From Solobacterium sp. UBA1761 (GTDB lineage Bacteria > Bacillota_I > Bacilli_A > Erysipelotrichales > Erysipelotrichaceae), in NCBI GenBank assembly GCA_002315565.1, contig DCHD01000002.1:17116-81115 (forward strand): a DNA stretch of 64,000 bases, written 5' to 3'. Every line of letters begins with the position of its first letter. Within the stretch, counting starts at the first letter, position 1. Positions 59,527 to 64,000 of the stretch are shown here, piece by piece. The translations under genes and the position numbers were made by a program. The notes under the pieces were generated by a model. It had not been told where the DNA came from. It saw nothing but the letters and a program-made list of their open reading frames with translations, and made no database searches.

Positions 59527-61566
59527 CTATTTCAGAATTCTACAACCTTCAGGGACATTTTCACGGGAATATGCTTCATTCAGTTCGGTATATTCATCAT
59601 GATATACAATTCTTAAAGTTGTATCGCTGTTTTTGAGATATGAAGCATCCCTGTACTTTACGAAAGGATTGTTGCGGATATACATAAGTGTTCTTTCACC
59701 ATCTTTAAAAACGAATGGTTTACAGTCTTTATGAGTTCTTTCTTCGTATTTTCTTATAAGTTCTTTAATCTGTTCATCATTCAGCTCACTTGATAAAACA
59801 ATATCCTTAAAGCCTGTTCTTTTAAGAAATTCGTAAGAATATGAGTTGGAGACATTAAGCGTATAGTAAGCCAGTTTGTCTGTATCTAATAATAAACCGC
59901 CGTTTTCACTTACACAGACATCAGCTGATTTGTTATATACAGAATGAATATTGATTACCGGATTTATTATGTATTCATTTATAGAATCTTTATTTCTTAT
60001 CAGTTGTTCTGTATCCGTTTCTTCCTGTATATCAGTCAGATTACAGAGCATTCTGTTTCCTTTGTGTTTGAACATATAAAGACGATAGTTGTTATATGCA
60101 TCAACGAAAGCATTTCTTATAGTGTTGAGATCGGACATTCTTAAAAATACCTGATTCATATCAGTTTCAATACTGTTAAGGCAATATGGTGTTTCTTTCA
60201 GTTTAGAGAACTGTTTTTCAATATTTTCGTAGGTTAAAGGTGCATTTTGAGCTTTTTCAGCAACAATATCTGATTCATAAACAAATTCATCAGTGGATAC
60301 TTTAACCCTTTCATTTGAATGAATATAGACCTTTAAATCAATTGGAAGATATTTTAATGGTCTCTTGTTTATTTCATCTTCAAGACTATGGTCTACTGTT
60401 TTAAGAAGCAGGTCACCTTTCTTAAACTGATGTCCTGTTTCAAGTTCAATGATTTCATTTCTGAATGCTTTTGAAACAAGTTTGTCCTTTACATAAAGTT
60501 TATTGACGATAAAACCGTCATCAAAACTCTTTGAATAAATTCTTACGCCATCAAACTGATTCAGCTCTTCACTCAGTCTTATCTGTACCCTTCTGTTTTT
60601 CCAGGATAATACTTCACCAATAACAACTCCCTGATGATTTGGCATACACTGATTGAAAATATCTTCTTTCTTATCAAAAAGATAGGTATTTGTAAAACCG
60701 CGGTTAAAAAGAACCTTCATATTGTCTATCTCTTTATTGGAGATATGGTAATTGTTCTTTTCATAGTAGGAATCAATAGCTTTACGGTAAACAGATGTAA
60801 TATAACCGACATATGCACTTGATTTCATTCTTCCTTCAATCTTCAAAGAAGAAACTCCAGCCTCAATAAGTGTTGGAATATCTTCAAGAAGATACATGTC
60901 TTTAGGACTTAAAAGATAATCGGTATCAGTTTCAATTCTGTTGTTGCGACTGTCAAGAAGTTCATATTTGAGTCTGCAGCACTGAGCACACATACCTTTA
61001 TTAGCGCTTCTTGACTTAACAGCACTTGAAAGCAGACACTGACCTGAATATGATACACAGATAGCTCCATGAACAAAAGTTTCAATCTCAATGTCTTCTT
61101 TACACGCTTCTTTAATGAAGTCGATAGTCGATTCTCTTGCAACTACTACTCTGTTGAATCCTAATTCTTTACAGTTTCTGACGCCGTTTAGATTGTGGAT
61201 ATGCATCTGAGTTGATGCGTGAACTTCCATATCCGGATAGTTTATCTTAATCCAGTACAGTAATCCGATATCCTGAACCAGAATGGCATCTACATTGTTT
61301 TCGTAATAGAACTTTACATCTTCACATGCCTTATCAAATTCAAAATCACTTAACAGTGTATTAAGTGTTACATATATTTTTACGTTTCTTAAATGGGCAT
61401 AACTTACAAGTTCTTTAAAGTCATCATGTGAAAAGTTCTCGGCAAAAGCTCTTGCTGAGAAATTAAGTCCTCCCATATATACGGCATCAGCACCGTTGTT
61501 TACAGCGGCATAGAATGCATCTTTGTTTCCGGCCGGAGCCAATAATTCTATTCTTTTTCTGTTCAT
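59527..61566 (-). CDS. Peptidase U32 family protein (long, two-domain form)
   Basis: N-terminal U32 signature region (ELLAPAGN..AVNNGADAVYMGG, EVHASTQM, FVHGAICVSYSGQCLLS). 679 aa. Confidence 0.85.
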   Translation of the reverse strand: MNRKRIELLAPAGNKDAFYAAVNNGADAVYMGGLNFSARAFAENFSHDDFKELVSYAHLRNVKIYVTLNTLLSDFEFDKACEDVKFYYENNVDAILVQDIGLLYWIKINYPDMEVHASTQMHIHNLNGVRNCKELGFNRVVVARESTIDFIKEACKEDIEIETFVHGAICVSYSGQCLLSSAVKSRSANKGMCAQCCRLKYELLDSRNNRIETDTDYLLSPKDMYLLEDIPTLIEAGVSSLKIEGRMKSSAYVGYITSVYRKAIDSYYEKNNYHISNKEIDNMKVLFNRGFTNTYLFDKKEDIFNQCMPNHQGVVIGEVLSWKNRRVQIRLSEELNQFDGVRIYSKSFDDGFIVNKLYVKDKLVSKAFRNEIIELETGHQFKKGDLLLKTVDHSLEDEINKRPLKYLPIDLKVYIHSNERVKVSTDEFVYESDIVAEKAQNAPLTYENIEKQFSKLKETPYCLNSIETDMNQVFLRMSDLNTIRNAFVDAYNNYRLYMFKHKGNRMLCNLTDIQEETDTEQLIRNKDSINEYIINPVINIHSVYNKSADVCVSENGGLLLDTDKLAYYTLNVSNSYSYEFLKRTGFKDIVLSSELNDEQIKELIRKYEERTHKDCKPFVFKDGERTLMYIRNNPFVKYRDASYLKNSDTTLRIVYHDEYTELNEAYSRENVPEGCRILK

Positions 61567-62519
61567 TTTCTGAAATTTTTGACTATGTAAAGTTCAAATC
61601 TGTCTTCAGGAGTTATCGAAGCGTCAGATTTGTTGAGACTGTCAATATCTGAAAGTCTGCTTAACAGATCAATTATCTGATATCTGCTCATACCTGCAAG
61701 ATTGCTTACAGCTTTCTGTACACGGAATCTCTTGCATTTAAGAATATCGGCAATCTCGTCATAACTGTATTTTTTAGATAGATAATAATCTACCTGGTAA
61801 AGAAACCTAAGTTGTCCAGCAAGTACTGCAATAATCATAAAAACCGATGTATTGGCCTTAAAAAGGCCTCTTAAAAGTGTTATAGATTTATTTAAATCCT
61901 TGGTTACAAGTGCATTTATCAGATCGAATATGTCAGAATCAATTTCTCTTGTGGTCAAGGCATCAACACATTTTTCATCAATCTTATCAGGATAGTTCTT
62001 AAGGACGTCTAGTGAAGAAATAAGAGCAGTGGTTGAACCTGCAGCATTGTCAATAAGTCTTTCAACTGCCTCATTTGTAATATTCAGTTTGTAATCTTTA
62101 AGAAGTGACATTGCTTCATTTCTAAAATTGTTCTGATCAAGAGCGTTCAGAGTTATCTGCTGTGCATTTAGAATCAGGTGCTTATATATTTTAGAAGTCT
62201 TGGAGAAGTTTGAATTATAGGTGTAGATAATCAAGTCAGATGCATAGTTTGGGTTGTCAATATAATTTTCAAATGCTTCCACACTATCGTTTTCTTTATC
62301 TTCGCCTTTCTCTTTTTTAACAAGAAAACCTGGTTCATTTACAAGAACTTTGGTATTTTCCGCAAAAAGTGAGCTGGTATCACAGGCTTCAAGAAGCGCA
62401 TTTACAGAAAAGTCGTTATCTGAACCATTAAAGCGTACAACATTGTCGCAGCCTTTAATGAGTTCATGAATTTTACGGTCTATCAGAAAAGCTTCTGTTC
62501 CATCAATTACAATAATCAT
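61563..62519 (-). CDS. holA: DNA polymerase III delta subunit
   Basis: The size, the position downstream of comEC (Bacillus-like synteny), and delta-like helical domains. Sequence conservation is weak, as is usual for holA. Confidence 0.7.
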   Translation of the reverse strand: MIIVIDGTEAFLIDRKIHELIKGCDNVVRFNGSDNDFSVNALLEACDTSSLFAENTKVLVNEPGFLVKKEKGEDKENDSVEAFENYIDNPNYASDLIIYTYNSNFSKTSKIYKHLILNAQQITLNALDQNNFRNEAMSLLKDYKLNITNEAVERLIDNAAGSTTALISSLDVLKNYPDKIDEKCVDALTTREIDSDIFDLINALVTKDLNKSITLLRGLFKANTSVFMIIAVLAGQLRFLYQVDYYLSKKYSYDEIADILKCKRFRVQKAVSNLAGMSRYQIIDLLSRLSDIDSLNKSDASITPEDRFELYIVKNFRK

Positions 62520-62522
62520 CCT

Positions 62523-64000
62523 TTAAATTATAACAAACCATTCACTGTTCGTTTTGACAATGCACAACCTGTAAAGAAATATAAACTCAATATTCCCTTC
62601 TTCTTTCGTGATTAATGTCTTTGATATATAGTTTTCAAGTGTATTTAATGTTTTTTGAGATGGATGATTGTATTTACCATTTGTAGATATAACTGATATT
62701 TCAGGTAAAACTGTTGAAATAAACAGATTACTGGAAGCAGTATCTGAACCATGGTGCGATACTTTTAAAATATCTGCACTATAACCATATTTTTCAATAT
62801 ATGAAAGTTCTGCATTTCTTGAAATATCACCGGTAAAAAGAAAAGAAATTCCGTTTATATCCGTAAAATAAACAAACGAATTATCATTATCGTTATCATA
62901 TTCCCCAAGATTAAGATATTTAAGAATAATATCTCCTGAACAAATGTCTTTACCATCAACTACGGTTTCTTTGATGCTGAAATCATTTTTAAGGTTATTA
63001 ATATTTCCTGAATGGTCTTCATCTTCATGTGTAACAACAAGATAATCTATATTCCTTATTGATTTCCCTTTAAGATATTTTTCAAGTTTGTAGTATGAAT
63101 ACTTTGATCCGGTATCGATTAAAGTTACATTTCTGTTAAAAGAATCTCTGATCAGTATCGAATCACCCTGTCCAACATCAATAAAACTTACGGATGTATA
63201 AGGAACATTCAGATTAAAAATCAGATATAAAGAAACAAGTGTTATCTGTATGTAACTGTTTCTTATTTTAAACACATAAATAAAACAGATTATGAAAATA
63301 AGTGATATAACATTCAGACTGCCATTAATCTTGATTGTTAATGAATTGTTGATGAATGAATAAAGTTCTATAAGTCTCAGATAAACATTTTCTAAAGATG
63401 GAATTAAAAGAACAATTATTGAACTGATATAAATAAATGCTCTAATCAAAATCAGATATTTGAAGAAAAACAGTGTAATCAGATCTGTATATCCAAAAAG
63501 AATCGATTCAACTATAAAAAGATACATCTCAAAAGATATTTCCGATTTAAAAAGAAAGAACATCTTTATAAGCAATACTATAAAAAGTGATTTGTCATGT
63601 ATAATATCAGGACCGATTATAAGAATCATAAAAATCGAAATTATATTTCTGTTTCTTGTGTCATTTATGAATCTTTTCAATAGACTATCAGATAAAAATA
63701 TCAGATACTTGCGGTTGAATCCAAACATCAATGAAAAAATCACTAACAAAATAAAACCGTATATTGTTTTCTTTCTGCCAACCGTTTTTACAAGATAATA
63801 TGAAGTAAGTCCATATGAAAGATTATAAATATTGGAATAATCATATTCATTAAAAAGAATTGTTTTAAGAATATTTTGAGTCTCATCTTTATATGCAAGT
63901 ATCCTGTTTTTTAAAAATGCTGTTACAGGATTGATAATATCCAAACTTAAAAACAGTTCTGTATTCTGCAATTTATATGACAAATAAAGGATTGATATTG
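62523..64000 (-). CDS. comEC: DNA internalisation competence protein ComEC/Rec2; 5' end probably beyond the window
   Basis: Polytopic competence domain followed by a metallo-beta-lactamase domain (DVGQGDSILI, VVTHEDEDHSGN, SHHGS). The reading frame stays open upstream of the track's TTG 63983 to the window edge. Confidence 0.85.
   Translation of the reverse strand, partial: ISILYLSYKLQNTELFLSLDIINPVTAFLKNRILAYKDETQNILKTILFNEYDYSNIYNLSYGLTSYYLVKTVGRKKTIYGFILLVIFSLMFGFNRKYLIFLSDSLLKRFINDTRNRNIISIFMILIIGPDIIHDKSLFIVLLIKMFFLFKSEISFEMYLFIVESILFGYTDLITLFFFKYLILIRAFIYISSIIVLLIPSLENVYLRLIELYSFINNSLTIKINGSLNVISLIFIICFIYVFKIRNSYIQITLVSLYLIFNLNVPYTSVSFIDVGQGDSILIRDSFNRNVTLIDTGSKYSYYKLEKYLKGKSIRNIDYLVVTHEDEDHSGNINNLKNDFSIKETVVDGKDICSGDIILKYLNLGEYDNDNDNSFVYFTDINGISFLFTGDISRNAELSYIEKYGYSADILKVSHHGSDTASSNLFISTVLPEISVISTNGKYNHPSQKTLNTLENYISKTLITKEEGNIEFIFLYRLCIVKTNSEWFVII

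Noticed and set aside
59527-61566. The long U32 peptidase as a novel system component
   Set aside because: U32 proteins (tRNA/rRNA/quinone hydroxylation factors such as TrhP/RlhA/UbiUV) are widespread. Long fused forms are common in Firmicutes as far as I recall. Nothing in the sequence stands out beyond family membership.
1-64000. CRISPR arrays, IS elements/transposases, prophage or integrative-element genes, rRNA operons, toxin-antitoxin pairs or known defence systems
   Set aside because: I found no spaced direct-repeat arrays, no transposase or integrase apart from the chromosomal XerD-type recombinase in conserved synteny, no phage structural genes and no rRNA-like GC-rich blocks. The window is overwhelmingly core genome.
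1-64000. Alternative genetic code (TGA = Trp, as in Mollicutes)
   Set aside because: Conserved genes end at TGA (for example sufS at 3833-3835, recN at 46783-46785, prkC at 12959-12961). Trp is encoded by TGG in conserved motifs. All long ORFs are intact under the standard code.

Overview
AT-rich, standard-code (TGA = stop) Bacillota-type chromosome segment. Gene content and Bacillus-like synteny suggest an Erysipelotrichia/Clostridia-like lineage, but I cannot confirm the taxon. About 65 densely packed genes, nearly all conserved housekeeping: sufCDSUB, priA, rsmB-rlmN-prpC-prkC-rpe, rpmB, ftsAZ, rsmE-mtaB, rpsU, phoH, rdgB, trmL, infC-rpmI-rplT plus tRNA-Glu, tldD/pmbA, lspA-rluD, nusB-xseAB-ispA-dxs-recN-xerD-deoB. 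After a clean strand switch near 50.98 kb come hup, nrnA, ackA, ylxM-ftsY-smc, a U32 peptidase, holA and comEC on the minus strand. I found no CRISPR array, IS element, prophage or rRNA. The one clearly accessory block is a tight four-gene operon (31.7-36.9 kb). It encodes a small secreted beta-rich protein, a SipW/ER-type signal peptidase fused to an extra polytopic membrane domain, a two-TM protein, and an 810-aa secreted protein with an internally duplicated ~190-aa module. The first and fourth proteins share a SipW-cognate-like signal motif, so I propose a TasA/SipW-like fibre or adhesin assembly module as the best candidate for an undescribed system. Other observations: a dif-like 28-bp XerCD site next to the gene-orientation switch (probable replication terminus); a recurrent TATAAT-N6-ATG geometry implying leaderless mRNAs at about nine genes; and an ATT start for infC. 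Also: a Lys/Ala/Pro-rich tail on L20, tRNA-Glu(CUC) preceded by a T-arm-like hairpin, a decayed sugar-utilisation locus with a retained cre-like operator and GC-rich leader, a MurE paralog with degenerate motifs, and a standalone E2-acyltransferase-like protein lacking the catalytic His. All functional calls come from reading motifs by eye. No database search was run.
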